A stretch of DNA of 64,000 nucleotides from Octopus vulgaris (lineage: Eukaryota): positions 77,934,001 to 77,998,000 of the forward strand of contig OX597815.1 in assembly GCA_951406725.2 (NCBI GenBank), written 5' to 3'. The first letter of the stretch is position 1; every line of letters starts with the position of its first letter. Made by a program: the position numbers and the translations under genes. The notes under the pieces were generated by a model, which saw only the letters and a list, made by a program, of their open reading frames with translations, was not told where the DNA came from and did not search any database. Below, piece after piece: positions 26,478 to 40,805 of this stretch.

Positions 26478-26905
26478 GCAGTGAGCTGGCAGAATCGTTA
26501 GCATGCTGGACGAAATGCTTAGTGGTACTTCACTTGTTACTACGTTCTGAGTTCAAATTCCGCTGAGGTTGACTCTACCTTTCGAGGTCTATAAAATAAG
26601 TACCAGTTAAGTACTGGGGTTGATGTAATCAACTTAACCCCCCCTCCCCAATTTCAGGCCTTGTACCTACCGTAAAAAGAATTATTATTAAGGCAGCGAG
26701 CTGTCAGAATCATTAGCATGCCAGGCAAAATGCTTAGCAGCATTTCATCTGTCTCTATGTTCTGAGTTTAAATTCCGCTGAGGTTGACTTCGCCCTTCAT
26801 CCTTTCAGGGTTATAAATTAAGTACCAATGAACTACTGGGGTCGATGTAATCAACTGTCCTCCTCCCCCAATTTCAGGCCTTGTGCCTATAGTAAAAAGG
26901 ATTAT
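26280..26905 (+). mobile_element. Tandem array of three family-A SINEs in (ATT)n
   Basis: 3'-half copy 26280-26400, full copies ~26476-26685 and 26690-26903, with (ATT)n between and after. Confidence 0.85.
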
Positions 26906-26907
26906 TA

Positions 26908-26948
<41 letters not shown>

Positions 26949-28212
26949 GTTATTATTCCTGAACCCATTGTGAAAACAGCAATTCTTCAAACTTAATCTT
27001 TATAAAGAATGAACAAAGATCAGTACAAACACAGCTATTTAATCCTCTTTTACATCAACTTCTTCCTCACTGTGTCACTCTTGACTTGACAAGTCTTGGC
27101 ATGATTTCCTGATTAACTACTAACAACTATTACATGATCAGAATCATGTTTCTTACTTCTTCTAAATACAAGCTTTAATCACTTTCCAGTAAGCTAGAGC
27201 CAGGAATATGTCCTTGGACATCTCCACAAGTGGCATCGTACAGCCAAAAATCTCTTCATTCTTAATTGTCATGTATTCCAAATCTTGTATATTTCTAGTT
27301 ATATACTTTACACTATTCTGGAGTTTCAATGATTTGGTGGGAAGTGGGTGAGCTGAGATGATTAATTAATTGTTGAAATGTCAGATAAAGAGTTGTGGGT
27401 TCATATTTCACTATTGGCAGTGTGCTTGTGTTCTGGTACAGAGAGAGAGAGAGAGAGAGAGAAAGAAAGAAAAGCAGGAAAGTGTGCAATAATGTGGCAA
27501 ACTTCCAAACTGATTGGAAATGAAGTAGTTTGGTGGTCCTATGAGAAAATCCTATCAATGAATGAATTATATGCTTTATCAGCTTCACTATTATCAGTAG
27601 TAAAATCATCACCATCATCATCGTCGTCATTATCATCATCATCAACTGAATTCTCATCATCATCAACTTTTCAACATCATATACATTGTCATTATCATCA
27701 TCATCATCATCATCATCCTCAGTGGTAGTAGTGACATCAGTATTGTTGTTGCCATCACTATCATCATCATCAGCAGCAGCAACGGCAGTTTCCACCATTA
27801 CTACCATCCCACTGACTTGTTCACTGCATGATGTCAACTTTTCCGAAATATTTAATGCAATACATTTCTGAGAGGTTTATTACTATTTCCTGATGTGCAG
27901 ATGCAAGTTGTTTCTTCATAAAAAATTTAGTTTGATTTCAGATCTATTTTCAGTTAATTTTTGTCAGACAATTATGAAATTCCTTCCCATGATATATCAT
28001 AGCCTGTTTAATATGTAAAAATCTTTTGAGCGTTGAGAAAAAAAATCTGACTAAATTCAAATAAATAAATATCAATTATTATTAGTTGTACTAGGGCATC
28101 AAGCTGGCACAATTGTTAGAATTTTGGAAAAACTACCATGCAGCATTTTTTCTACCTATTTTGAGTTCAAATTCTTCTGAGGTTGACTTTGCCTTTCATC
28201 TTTTCAGCATCT

Positions 28213-28975
28213 AAGATCCTTTCTCACACTTCATCCCATGTCTTCTTGGAACCCTTCCACAGGTTCCTTCCACAATTAGAGCCCGGCATTTCTTTATACA
28301 GCTGTCCTCATCCATATGCATCACATGACCAAACCAGCACAATCTTTGCTCTTGCACACATTTGATGCCTCTTATACCCAGTTTTCCTCTTAAATCATTT
28401 GCTCTCTGTCATGTGTGCACAGACATTTCTCATCCATCTAGCTTCATTTCTTTCAAACCTTTACATGTTCTTTGTAGCCAAAGCCCATGTCACTGCCATG
28501 TATGATAGCTATACATGCACATGCATCATACAAGCTGCCTTTCACTCTTAGGGAGAGATCTTTAGTAACTAACAAAGGTAGAAGCTGTCTGAACTTTGCC
28601 CAGCCCATTCTTATTCTAGTAACTATACTTTCAGAACCTCCTCCTCCACTGCTAACTTGGTCATCTAGGTAACAAAAGCTATTTACTACTTCTAATGATC
28701 CCTCTAAGCATTTGAGGGAGTCTGCATGTCCATTTTTAGTGCTTATTATACCCACACATTTTCCACTCTCAAAGACTATTCTCTCTGTTAACCTTCCTTT
28801 GATATTGTGCATCTCTTGTGTGTCCAAAGCTTGCACTGGGTACATTGTACGGAGTTTCTACCAACACTCTTCTTACATATCGGACAGGGCCACCTCCATC
28901 AAGGGACTTATGATTTGTCTGTTTTACTCCTTAGTAGGTCTTTGGCTTTTGCTGAATTAACTCTAAGGCCCTTAG
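28213..28975 (-). mobile_element. RTE LINE fragment (RT C-terminal region with PHD-finger remnant)
   Basis: KGLRVNSAK..WPCPICKKSVGRNSVQCTQCKLWTHKRC..LEVVNSFCYLDDQVSSGGGGSESIVTRIRMGWAKFRQLLPLL; frameshifted. Confidence 0.9.
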
Positions 28976-29506
28976 ATATATATATATATAACGATGATGA
29001 TGATGATGATGATATATATCAGAAAGTTAAATATGAGACCTCTGAAAAATATTGTCAGCTCTGCTTTGACTCTCTCTCTTCACCGGATTTCATTTGTTTT
29101 TCAGACTATTGCTTCCTCACTCTTCCCCCATGTTACAGGTTTTTCAAAACCTTTTATCTATCTCTGGTTCTTTAAGTCTACCATCTGTTAAGGCCATTAC
29201 CAGAATGGTAATCAAAAGCAGTGTCAGACAGAATCCATTCTGCATTGTCTGTCTCCATGCCATGTTTGTCCAGAAGCCAGAAATATAATATGGTTAAAAG
29301 ATTTGCCAGGAAATGCAATGTTACATGTAAATGGAGAACAGAACTATCATCTCCCAGTGATCATTCTTAGATAGTTACTAAAGACAATGAAAGGTCTTTT
29401 GGCATCAGATAAAACCGTTTCAAGGAAATCATTAGGAAATGAAAACACGCTTTTATTCAAACAAAATTCAACTAAAACATGCCTCCTTTTCCAAATTACA
29501 ATGGCA

Positions 29507-29507
<1 letters not shown>

Positions 29508-29560
<53 letters not shown>

Positions 29561-29570
29561 CACTATTATT

Positions 29571-29605
<35 letters not shown>

Positions 29606-29660
29606 TATCATTATTATTATTATTATCATTATTACTACTACTACTACTATTATTATTATC
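29508..29660. repeat. (TAT)n/(TAC)n microsatellite
   Basis: Directly visible. Confidence 0.95.
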
Positions 29661-30039
29661 TGCTGCCAAGTAAATATCTTGCCAAATTTAACTGATTTTT
29701 CCTTTCTTCTTCACTCAACCCAAGATGGTTCCACAAGTGCCAGTTTTATAAATTGAAGGTCAGTTTCTGTTCTGCAAATGTTAAGTCATTGTATTCCCTT
29801 GTAATAAAAGTTCTACAACAATGCACTGTCAGACCACACTATCCTGTTATTAATGAAGATGATACGGCTACAAATGTGTTATCATTCAAGATGGTAGAAT
29901 TAGCAGATCTTTGGGGAAAAAAATACTTCATGACTTTTTGTTTTAGCTCTTTATATTCTGAGTTCATATCTTACCAAGGTCAACTTTGCCTTTCATTTTT
30001 CCATGGTCAGTAAAATATAGTACCATATAGTACTTTGGT

Positions 30040-30742
30040 GTTAGGAAGGGCATCCAGTTGTAGAAACCATGTCAAAACAGACACTGGTGCACCATGCAAT
30101 CCTTGAGCTCATCAGATCCTGTCAAACTGTCTAGTCGATGCCAGAATGAAATATGAACGTTCAATGACCGAGACCTGTGGAGATATGCTGTGCTTGAGAA
30201 GACTCGGCAAGCCAAGTGAGACTGTAACCATGGCCTATGCCAGTGCAGCATAACTGGCTCATTTAAGAGTACCCTGTAGTCGTAGGTTGAGTTAAGACCT
30301 GTTGAGTTAAGTGAAGTCATTGTCGTGACTGATGCCAGTACCACTTGATTGGCACCCATGCTGGTGGCACATAAACAGCACCATTTGAGCATAGTCAATG
30401 CCAATGCTGGCTGGCTGGTCTCATGCCAGTGGCATGTAAAAAGCACCATTCAAGCATGGTCATTGCCAGTGCCACCTTTCTGGCTTCCATGCCAGTGGCA
30501 TGTAAAAAGCTCCATTCAAGTGTGGTTGATGCCAGTACTGCCTGACTGGCCCTTGTACCGGTGGCACATAAAAAGCACCCACTACACTCTTGGAGTGGTT
30601 GGCATTAGGAAAAGCATCCAGCTGTAGAAACTTTTCCAGATCAGATTGGAGCCTGGTGCAGCCTTCTGGCTTGCCAGCCCTCAGTCAAACCGTCCAACGC
30701 ATGCCGGCATGGAAAATAGATGTTAAATGATGATGATGATGA
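30040..30742 (+). mobile_element. Family-C non-autonomous element(s) with internal ~60-bp tandem repeats and RTE-type (GAT)n tail
   Basis: Four units of catgccagtggca(c/t)(a/g)taaaaagcacc between ~30355 and 30580; tail atgccggcatggaaaatagatgttaaatgatgatg. Confidence 0.75.
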
Positions 30743-30862
30743 ATGATTGTTGTTATTGTTGTTACAGTGGTTGTGGTTGTTTGATGACATATAAGACACT
30801 TTGCTTCCAAATTGTGTCATGTCTCAAAATATCGTCTCAAGTCCTGTGTGTGAAGTTGCTTT

Positions 30863-30990
30863 AACCCTTCAGAATTCAGATTAATCAATCACCTGTAATG
30901 CTTGTTTATCCACATTGTTTTGAATTAATCCTGCATTATCCCATAGCTTCATGATTGTCTATGTTTAGAATGACATTGTAGGATAGGTGC
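30863..30990 (+). mobile_element. Possible piggyBac-type MITE end
   Basis: TTAA followed by cccttcagaattcag; the other end was not identified. Confidence 0.35.
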
Positions 30991-31163
30991 AGTAACAGTA
31001 GCAACAGTAGCAGTTGCTGCTACTGAGTTGTCTGAGTTCATTCTGTAGAATATTGTATGATAAATCCTGCATCTTTTGTTGCTATTAGAGAATATTGTTA
31101 TGGAGTGCAATGTGACAGAACATGTGTTTAGAATTTGTGAGACTGTCAGGATAAATATCTATC

Positions 31164-31198
<35 letters not shown>

Positions 31199-33603
31199 AT
31201 GTGTGTATCTATATGTATATATATATATGTGTGTATATATATGTATGTATCACGTAGAGAGCATGTGTGATGATACATATATATTACATTGTGTGCTGTG
31301 TGATAATCTGATTATGATCCATGGATTTAGGGTGAGTATTGTAATGAAATTAGACAAAGTGAATTCAGCAGATTCTTTGTAGAATTTAAAATCTCTGAGT
31401 ATTTTTAAGGAGTTTGGTTGAGTTCAACTGAGTACTCAGTCACATTTGGAGTTCTCCTTCATATAATCATTATATCTTCATGCATATTTGTTTAACCCAT
31501 GTCAGCTTTTATCAAGCAGACTTTAAGATCAAAAGCTCCTTAACTGTGACCATTCCATCTTTTATTCAGACATAGTATACCTAAGGCTACATTAATCAGT
31601 GTGTCTTTCCTTTTTCAGACAGTAGTGTGTAATCTTTTTTTTTTTTTTTTTTTTTGTAATTTGACTAATTTAAGGGCTCTACTATTCATCTCTTGTCATA
31701 AAAGTTGGAAAAATTTTGTCTGATTGCATCCTTGCTGTTTGTGCTGTTAGGTCTTGTTCTGCCCCACATGCTTCGCCTCTGGTATACTTTAACTTTTGTT
31801 GATGGCACCCATCCTCTTCCTTCTGTACATAAATGGCCTCCATGCTGTCACCTTCAACAACTGATTCCTCTCTTTACTTCTGCATGTAGCCAGGATAAAC
31901 GTGTAACATAGATACTTCATGTCAAATTTACTCTTCTTCCATGTGAGCAAATGTATTCTCTGATGGGACATGACAAGCTTCTTTCTTTCAGTAACACTAC
32001 ATGGTTTTGAGTTCAGTTCCAACCTTGGACGACAAGTGTCTTCTACCAAAGCCCCAAACCATGCAAAGTCTTGCTAATGAATTTGGTAAATAGAAACTGA
32101 AAGAAGCCCACCATGTGTGTGTGTGTGTGTGTATATGTTAGTCTCTCCTTATCTTAGCATCACTTGATAGTTGTAAACAAGTGTCACTGTCATCCAAGCA
32201 GTGTCATTCATTTCCAATATTTTGTGATGACATGTGTGGCCATGCAGAAAATTGTAGCTTGCTCAGAAATAGGTGAAGGTTGACAATTGGAAGATCATCT
32301 GGCCATAAAAAATTCACCTCAATGAGTCCTGTCTGACCTATGCTAGCATGGAAAATTGGACGTTAAAACGATGAGTATGATGATGATGTTGATGAACACT
32401 AAGCTAGTCACAACACATGCATGGAAATGCATATCTTGTGTTTCACCCTTTCTGATCTTAAACAACACATGCAACCTTCAATGCTAGTCATTGTTGTGGA
32501 TAGTGGTGGTGGTATAGCAGATGCTGATAGTTATGTTGTTGTTGCTATCATTGTTGCTGTTGCAGTTGTTGTTGTTAAAATGATTGTTGTTGCTAAACAG
32601 TTCAGATCAAGCAGAAATAACATCAAAGGCATTCCAGCCATCATTTTATTTATTTTTTCCATTCATAGTATGTCCAAAGGCTGTTCTATCCAGTAGATAA
32701 ATTTTCCTCACTTTCTAAAAGGTCGTGTGTGACTTCAGAGAAATTTGACTATCATTTTTAGCAGTTCATATGACTTCATAGATGTTTTCTTCATGAAGTG
32801 TAACTGCTGGTTTTTCTTCTTGACTTGTAAAGGCTGAAAATGATAATGGTAGCATAAGTGATTTTGTTTATGGTATGTGTGTGTTTGTATCTATCTATAT
32901 ATATATATATATATATATACATGTGTATGTGTGTCATTTAGTACATCCATACAGTGTTGTGTTTTAAATCCTATCATTTGTTTTCATTTGAGTTATTTGT
33001 TTTTTCCTTACCTGATTTTTTTTTTCTTGTATTATATTGTGCATGTAATGTTGCTATGTAAATATATTTGTGTCAGCTATTCAGATCTATTTTTCTAATC
33101 AACTTTGTTATTGTATTCATGTGTGCTGACGGCGGCGGCACCGCCACCACCACCACCACTACTACTACTACCACCACCACCACTACCACTCTTACTACTA
33201 CTAATAACTACTACTGTTACTATTATTACCACCACCACTACCACTCTTACTACTACTGTTACTATTATTACCACCACCAGCAACAGTACAATAAGAATGA
33301 TTTCTTTTATTAGACACAAGGGTGTCAGTGAAGACGACATTACTGAGATAGGTTACAGTTTGCATGGACAGGGCCCCTGACTTAAACTCAGGTGAGGAAG
33401 AAGAAGAAAAAAGAGAAAAGTGCAATACAAAGTATACATAGTATACAAGTATATGAATACATGGTTCTCAGGAGGACTTCCAGTTAGAGACAGTCAAGGA
33501 TCCCTGCAGATCCAAGAGTACCTTGACCATCAAGTGGAAGAACCTTCATTGAATCATTGTTTTTTCAATCTTCTGAATAGTTCCATTCACTCTAGCCATT
33601 TGT

Positions 33604-33840
33604 GGGGCACATGGCTAAATGGTTAGGGAGTTGGACTCATGATCATAAAATTGTTGTTTCGATTCCTGGACCAGGCGATGCATTGTGTTCTTGAGCAAAA
33701 CACTTCATTTTACATTGCTCCAGTCCACTTAGTTAACTAAAATGGGTAATCCTGCAATAGACTGGTGTCTTGTCCAGGTAGGGAATTTATACGCTATGGA
33801 AACCTGTAAACTGGCCCTTGTGAGTCGGCATGACTTGACA
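33604..33840 (+). mobile_element. Family-D tRNA-derived SINE (Meta-domain-like core)
   Basis: tggctaaatggttag A-box, gtttcgattcc B-box, ttgtgttcttgagcaaaacacttcatttt core; homologues at 45448, 57050, 63047. Confidence 0.7.
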
Positions 33841-35669
33841 TGATAACTAATTTTATTCTAGCCATTTTTACCACAGCCACCCACCTTCACTTTCCTCTTC
33901 AAGTGTTACTTGAGAAAGTCAATGACGGTTTCATTGAAGAGGAAAGTGCCTGTCCTTGATCCTTTCAACTCCATTCACTCACAACCTCTTTTTCCATATC
34001 CACATGAGACAGTGGAAAACTACATGTCCAGCTTTATTAATCCTTTCATTACAATATTTCTGTTGAAATGCACTGCCTTTGTTTCATTTAATTTTAAAAT
34101 TCTAGAGAATTTAGTTAAATAACTTTGTTATTATTAATCCTCTATGTATGAATAAATAAGCATTACATTTGATGGTCGTCTGAATGTTATAGAGTTAAGA
34201 GGTATTTGGTTGCTATTTCTAATAGTTTAAGTCATGACATGGAGGCTCCTCATTGACATACTAATGTATGCTTAAAATAACATTAAACTGTTTCAGACAC
34301 ATCACAAGCACAAATCTGAGACAGAAAAGAAAATGCCCGGACTTGGCTGTATGATTAAGAAACTTGCTTTTCAGCTACATGGTTTTGGGTTCAGTCCTAC
34401 TCTGTGGGACCTTGGGCAAGAGTCTTTTACTATAACCCTAGGCTGATCAATAACTTGTGGGTGAATCTTGTTCACAAACTGTAGAAGACTATTGTGTATG
34501 TGTCTGTGTGTATGCACACGTGCACATGTGTGTGTGTGTGTGTATATACATATATATATGTATGTATGCATGTGTGTGTGTGTATTTATAAGCACAGATG
34601 TGGCTGTGTGGTAAGAACCTTGCTTCCCAGCCACTTGGTCCTGGCTTCAGTCCCACTGCTTGGCACTTCTATTGTAGCCCCAAGCTGAACAAAGCCTTGT
34701 AAGTGAATTTGGTGGGCAAGAAGACCATTGTGTGTGTACTTGTGTTTGCCTGACGACTGGTGTTGGTGTCTTTATGTCATTGTAACTTAGCAGTTTTGCA
34801 AAAGAGACCAGTACAAAAAAACTGAGGTCAATTTGTTCTAAATCCCTTCAAGGCTGTGCTCCAGCATGGCCACAGTCAAAATGACTGAAACAAAATATAA
34901 GCATGAGGTAAATGATAAGTCATGAGGATATCTCTGAAAGTATTCATGAGTCAACATAAGTGGACATGAAAGATGAACTCCAAATGAAGAAACTAAAGAT
35001 GGGGATAGAGTCCTGAGCTTAGTAATTCTTCAACATTGGACAAGTATTTTCCAGACTTAAGAAGTGAGTCACTATTGTTTTAAGCTCTGATCTATGGGAC
35101 AACAAGATGTCTCTTATGCTAACAAGATGGTCAGATATAGTGTTATCAAAACAATAAGGAACAATCAAATAGACATGGCTGATTATGATTCAGTGTTGAT
35201 ATAATTATGTTATTGATCTATTTTTGTAAGACTGTTGATATGGTATGGCTTTGTGTGTGTGTACTCCCTCACACACATGCACACACACACACAATTTCCG
35301 TCTGTCAAATTCCATTCATAATACAATGGTCAACCTGAATCTATGGTACAAGACATTTGCCTAGACCCAGAGTGATACAATCCATGACTACATGATCAAT
35401 TCCACAACATGATTGCAAAATCCACTTATTAAAACAAATACACACACACAAACATACACAGATATATATACACTCACACATATACACACCCCACCTACAC
35501 ACTTAGATATATAAACACTCAACTACTGCTGCTACTACTACTACTACTATTTTAGCCTGAGACTAATAAATGCTTTATAAGTGAATCAGGTAGATGGAAG
35601 CTGTTTGAATCTTGTCATTTGTGTGTGTGTGTGTACTTGCATGTGTATATTTCTTTGTTTTCTGGACTT

Positions 35670-35700
<31 letters not shown>

Positions 35701-35704
<4 letters not shown>

Positions 35705-35872
35705 AAAGTTTACGAAAATAAACAAAAGACGAAGACAGGTGGTGTACAAAACAAACAGATGTATTAGTATAGTGCTCAGGAATAGAAAAAGTCTTTTACG
35801 TTTCGAGCCTACGCTCTTCTACAGAAAGGTACACAGAAAAAACATGGAGAGAAAAAAATGTGTGTAGTGGCT
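35701..35872 (-). mobile_element. Penelope-like terminal-repeat relic with hammerhead-like motif, abutting (TA)n
   Basis: Minus strand 35793-35828 reads CUUU-CUGUAGA-A-GAGC(GUAG)GCUC-GAAAC-GUA-AAAG. Confidence 0.6.
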
Positions 35873-37789
35873 ATGCATACTGATTGTAAGCAAAGTCATC
35901 ATTCATATGAAAACTGTGACATTTATCTGAAATTTTCCATGAAAACATGTGTGACCATTGAGCTGTTCCTATTTGAAGAACTAGAGGAAATATTATTTTG
36001 CTCGAAAACAGGTGACAGTTGGCCATGAAGCATCTACCTCACCAAATTTTATCTGATTCATGCAAGCATGGGAAATTAGATATTAAAAACAAATATATAC
36101 ATGTAAAGGTATACTGTAGTGTAGTGTGATGTGTATTATGAAGGGTGTCCAGCTATAGAAACCATACCATAGCAAGCAGTGAAACACAATGCAGTCCTTG
36201 GGCCCATCAGATCTTGTCAAACTCTTGGATTACACTGAATAGCTGACAAATAATACCACATATAGTCTGTCTGAGATTTGTTGTAATGTTCTTTTTATGT
36301 GATGTAAAAATGAGCTCATTTTCTTCTCAGTCCAGATTTCACTCAGAAATCTCTAGTGTATTTCCTATAAGTGACCTATAAGATCTGCGTTTCATGAAGG
36401 GCTGGGAATTTTCTTTCAATCAAGAAGGGAGGCTGCTTCCTCTTTGTAGAATATGAGCTCTCCTACATTATAGATGAGTTCTTCAGCAGAGAATTTCTCC
36501 TCTTCACAAAAGATTTATTCCTCCTGCTCTTTACACTGCTTTATTTTTTTGGGGGGGGGGGGGCAAGAGGAAAGGATCATTTGTTGTTTTACCAAAGAAG
36601 TCAGCTTATCCTCTTCAATCTCTGACTAATCCTCATCCTCATAAGTGGATGATGCTTCCTGTTACTTGTTGTTGATACTGGTGTTGGGGACTCTCTTTGT
36701 CTTCACCAGTTGTGTTTAGGCAAGGCGATTATTAGGTCTCATGGTTCTCTCCTGGCAATAAGGATAGGGCAATGTTATTTACTAACTTACAAGTTGTGTC
36801 TGATTTCACTTTAGGACATGTAACCTCCATGACTTGTTCTTGTTGCTTTTATACTTTTAAGTTTCTGTGCAGAAATCCCTTAAATATCTTTTATTACTGC
36901 ATGTAGCAACTAGACTGTAAAACTTGGATGCAGAATGTTATCTTCTTTACCACTCCCTCTACAAGACACAGTCCTGGTACTGTTTTATGGTCTAGTTATG
37001 TCATGAAATCCATGATGTCACCTGACAACTTATCACTATATCACCAAAAGTTATGTATTCACTGACCATATGCCCATGTTGTACTACAAAGGTAACTAAC
37101 TGCCATCATCACTAATGTCCTCTGTGATGACTCTTGTGTTTCTCAGTACTCTGGGACCAGCTTGTAGGTAGGATGCCATTTACAATTTGAGTTTGTACTT
37201 TCATTGTGTTTGATTTTAAAGATAACACATAATACTACATGTCCTCCTTCTCCTAATAAAGAATTTTTCACTTAAAATATCTCCCTGGGCTAATTCTAGG
37301 TCTTCCTTAGATGGAATGAAGAAAGCCTCTGTGGCCTTAGCAAAGCACAAATAAGTTACCTTCCTCCTCTTGTGGATTGCAGATTCATATTTCATTTGAA
37401 ATAGATTGTTGTGGAGTTACTGTTGACAACATTTCCAGTCATATTTAAACGTGATGCTAAAACATGAGTTTTCTTTTTGTTTGTTCTTCTGATTATGAAA
37501 TGTTTATTTCGCATGTTTTCAATTTTTGGTTGCGGGGTGGTTTCATAGTGTAAAATATTTGTAACCATTTTTGTCTCTATGGATAACATGAAGGCAAAAG
37601 TAAATTTTGGCTAAAACTATAACCATAAACCTTACTTTTTCATTTGTCAAGCCCTTTGAAGGAAGACCCCAAACCATAGGAAGCTATCTGTACACAAGAA
37701 TTTTTTGATGAAAAATAAAACTCTATTTCATCTAGGAGAATCCTTTGTTTTGAAGAATGACTTGTAAACATTGTCTACCTTGTCAGAAG

Positions 37790-37834
<45 letters not shown>

Positions 37835-40544
37835 TAGTAATAATAATGAAGACATCATAAAAAACTTGGAAATTTTTTTTCTATTTTATAATTTTTGACT
37901 TCTAAACACAGACTACTGATTAAACGCTGAGCAAGAATTGAGTGAAGTTTAGTTTCTGTCATGTCAAAGACCATTAATAATAAAAGACAGCAATAAAATG
38001 TGTTCTTTAAAAGCTATTTCGCTCTTATCAAAGCAACATTAAAGACTTCACTTATGTGGAGATTTGTTTCTCCTTCAAGTAGTACCAGACTTCAGTTGAT
38101 CCCATTAGAGGATATTTTTAAAGTTTGGCACTTTTGCTTATTCAATATTAATGTAACATTTCATTCAGCTACCAAATTTTTATATTCACTGAATATAAAA
38201 TTTTATTGGCTTCATTACTTTTTTTGTTTTTTATTTTCACTATTCTGCAATATTTCTTGGTATTCTTGCTCTATTACTCTTTCTTTCATGTACTATATTT
38301 GAATTACTTTCTTTAAATGCTTTCCTGTCTTCTGGGGAAAAAAATACAACCTAGATTGTGAATTTAGATGTTTTGTATTGTCAAAGTTAATATAAGTATA
38401 AAACTAATGTTCTATAAAATATGTTTATTTTTTTTATTTTCAATATTGTGTAAATTTTTCTCTACTTTGATATTTTGTTATTGTTTCTGGTGTTGTTCTT
38501 ATTATTTTATTTGTTTAATTTTTTAGTCAGGAGCAAAAGCAGTGTTTGAGAACTATAATGCTTTACAGAGACATATGCGATTGGTGAGAGGGAAAGCGGG
38601 AAGCTATCTTCAAACCAGAGACTAAAATTATTAGTGTGTGTTTTAGTAAAGGGTCTCAATGGAATTGGTTCATTCTCTCTGCTGGAAATATAACATAGAT
38701 TGTGAGGAATTCACAGAGTCATTAGAATGTTAGATTGAATGCTTCAGGTGATACTTAGCCCCATGCAGAAACTGCAGGAGCTACTCAGAGGTTTTGCTAG
38801 CACTTCTAAATCTATCACAAAGCTAGAAACCTTTCCATATCATCAGCAGGAATCTCAGGGTCACAAGTGTTTGTCCCTTAGGCTGTACTGCATGCTCCAC
38901 CTGAGTGAGGCTGCAAGGACAGAACTAGTCTTCACCTATGGAAGAATTCCACTTACAGTTTTCATACCAGCCATGGCCATTTTGAGCCTGTTTCAGCTGC
39001 AGTGTCTATTTCCTTGAAGACTTTCTTCAGTTGTCTGGGTTCCAAACCTATCTTCTGTAGGAAATGGTGCACTGATCCAGCTGGAAAGCCATGGTTGACT
39101 TCAATAGGGAAAAAGACCATATGCCATCCCTTGACATGAACCTCATTGACTAAGTCCTGATATATTTTGATATTTGATTTTCTTTAACTGATCAGAAACA
39201 TTGAGTCTGTATTATGAGTTTAACCATGATAATTGCTTTTGTACTCCTGGAGAGCAGGAGCATGTCTGGTTGAAGTGATGTTACCGTGAACTCCTGTTCA
39301 ACTCTATTGATTCTGAGTTCAAATGCTGCCAAAGTCAACTTTGCCTTTCATCTTTTCAAGGTTAATAAAACAAGCAACAGTTGACCACTGGGGTTGATGC
39401 AATCAACTTGTTCCCTCCCCTCAAAACTTCTGGCCTTGTGCCAAAATTAGAATTTTGGTGGGGCAATAAGAAACGTACCAAACCATGGCAGTGGATTGGT
39501 AGAACAATTAGAAAATCAGATCGGGTACCTTGTATTTGTTCCAGTCCTTTGTGTTCTGAGATCAAATCCTACTATAGGGCAATAGATTTCATCTGTCACT
39601 CAGTTTCCAACCACCACTTGGCACCTTGTATACCTTTAGCAGACATCACTTGTGCAAACATTTGTGCCAGGCATCTGGTTTGAGGGTAATTTCCTCTGTC
39701 TCTGCAGTCTGAAAGGCTCTGTAAATGGGTCATGGGTATTGCTTCCCTTACCAACTAAAAGATTATAAAAATAAAAACTAATTTTTGTCAGTTCCATCAT
39801 TCTGATCAGAGCAATATTTATATAATACCATTGTTTATCAATAACTTCCATTGTTGATGAAAATTATCAAATAATTTATAACACAATATTAATGAACTCT
39901 TGATTTCACATTAGACCAAATTTCTATTTTCCTCTCCCCTTACCTGTTTCTCTCTTACTCTTTTCTCACTTCTCTATCTTTCTCTTTTCCTTTCTTCTTT
40001 CTTCTCACTTCTATCTTCCTCTTTTCCTTCTTTCTTTACCTCCTCACACTTACTTGTCTTCTCTTCTATCTCCCACCACCTTTCTCTCTCCCACCACCTT
40101 CTCTCCTTAATTATCATGATTAGGTTTTGCGTTTTACTGATGAATGTCTTTGATAAAGACCAAACTACCACAGAGGACACTAAGTTTCCTACTATATCAT
40201 TCAGTTTTGGCTCCTAGTTGAAGTATTTTCATTTTATTTACCTCAGGTACAGGTCACACATGGTGATTAAGAAGCTGGCTTTGCAACCATGTGGCTTAGG
40301 TTCAGTTTCACTTTGTAGCACCTTGGACAAATGTCTTCTACTATAGCTCCAGACCAACCAATGCCTTATGAATGAATTTGGTTGACAGAAGCTGTGGAGA
40401 GTGAAATTGAAACCACATGGCTGCAAAGCAGGTTTCTTAACCACACAGCTGTGCCTGCATCTATGTGCTAATCCTGGGGAGAAATGAGACCAGCCTGCTC
40501 TACTAATTGTATATAATGTTAGTAAGCATGAATAACTGAATGCA

Positions 40545-40805
40545 AATGATTTCTGAAAGAAAACCCGGGTGCAAGAAGAATCTGATGTAGTGTGCAAGAG
40601 AGAAGATTGATCTGGTGCACATATATGATGCTTGTGGAGAATGACATTGTGATAAGACGGGAAAGAAGTGACATGTGGAGAAAGAGGATCTTTGGAGGCT
40701 GATGAGCCTCATAGATGAGGTAACAAAGCACAAAAATAAAAAGCAAGACACCATGATAGAAAAGTCCTGTCCTATACATGCAAGCATGGGTAAATGGACT
40801 TAATG
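40545..40805 (+). mobile_element. Degenerate RTE LINE 3' end
   Basis: gtgtgcaagagagaagattg (VQERRL) as in the other RTE copies, ending in catgcaagcatgggtaaatggacttaa. Confidence 0.55.

Noticed and set aside
27313-27837. 174-aa acidic ORF
   Set aside because: Built from (GAT)n/(CT)n low-complexity sequence
36250-39270. Possible old LINE/LTR relics or exons in non-microsatellite sequence
   Set aside because: No motif could be read with confidence by eye; needs a translated homology search
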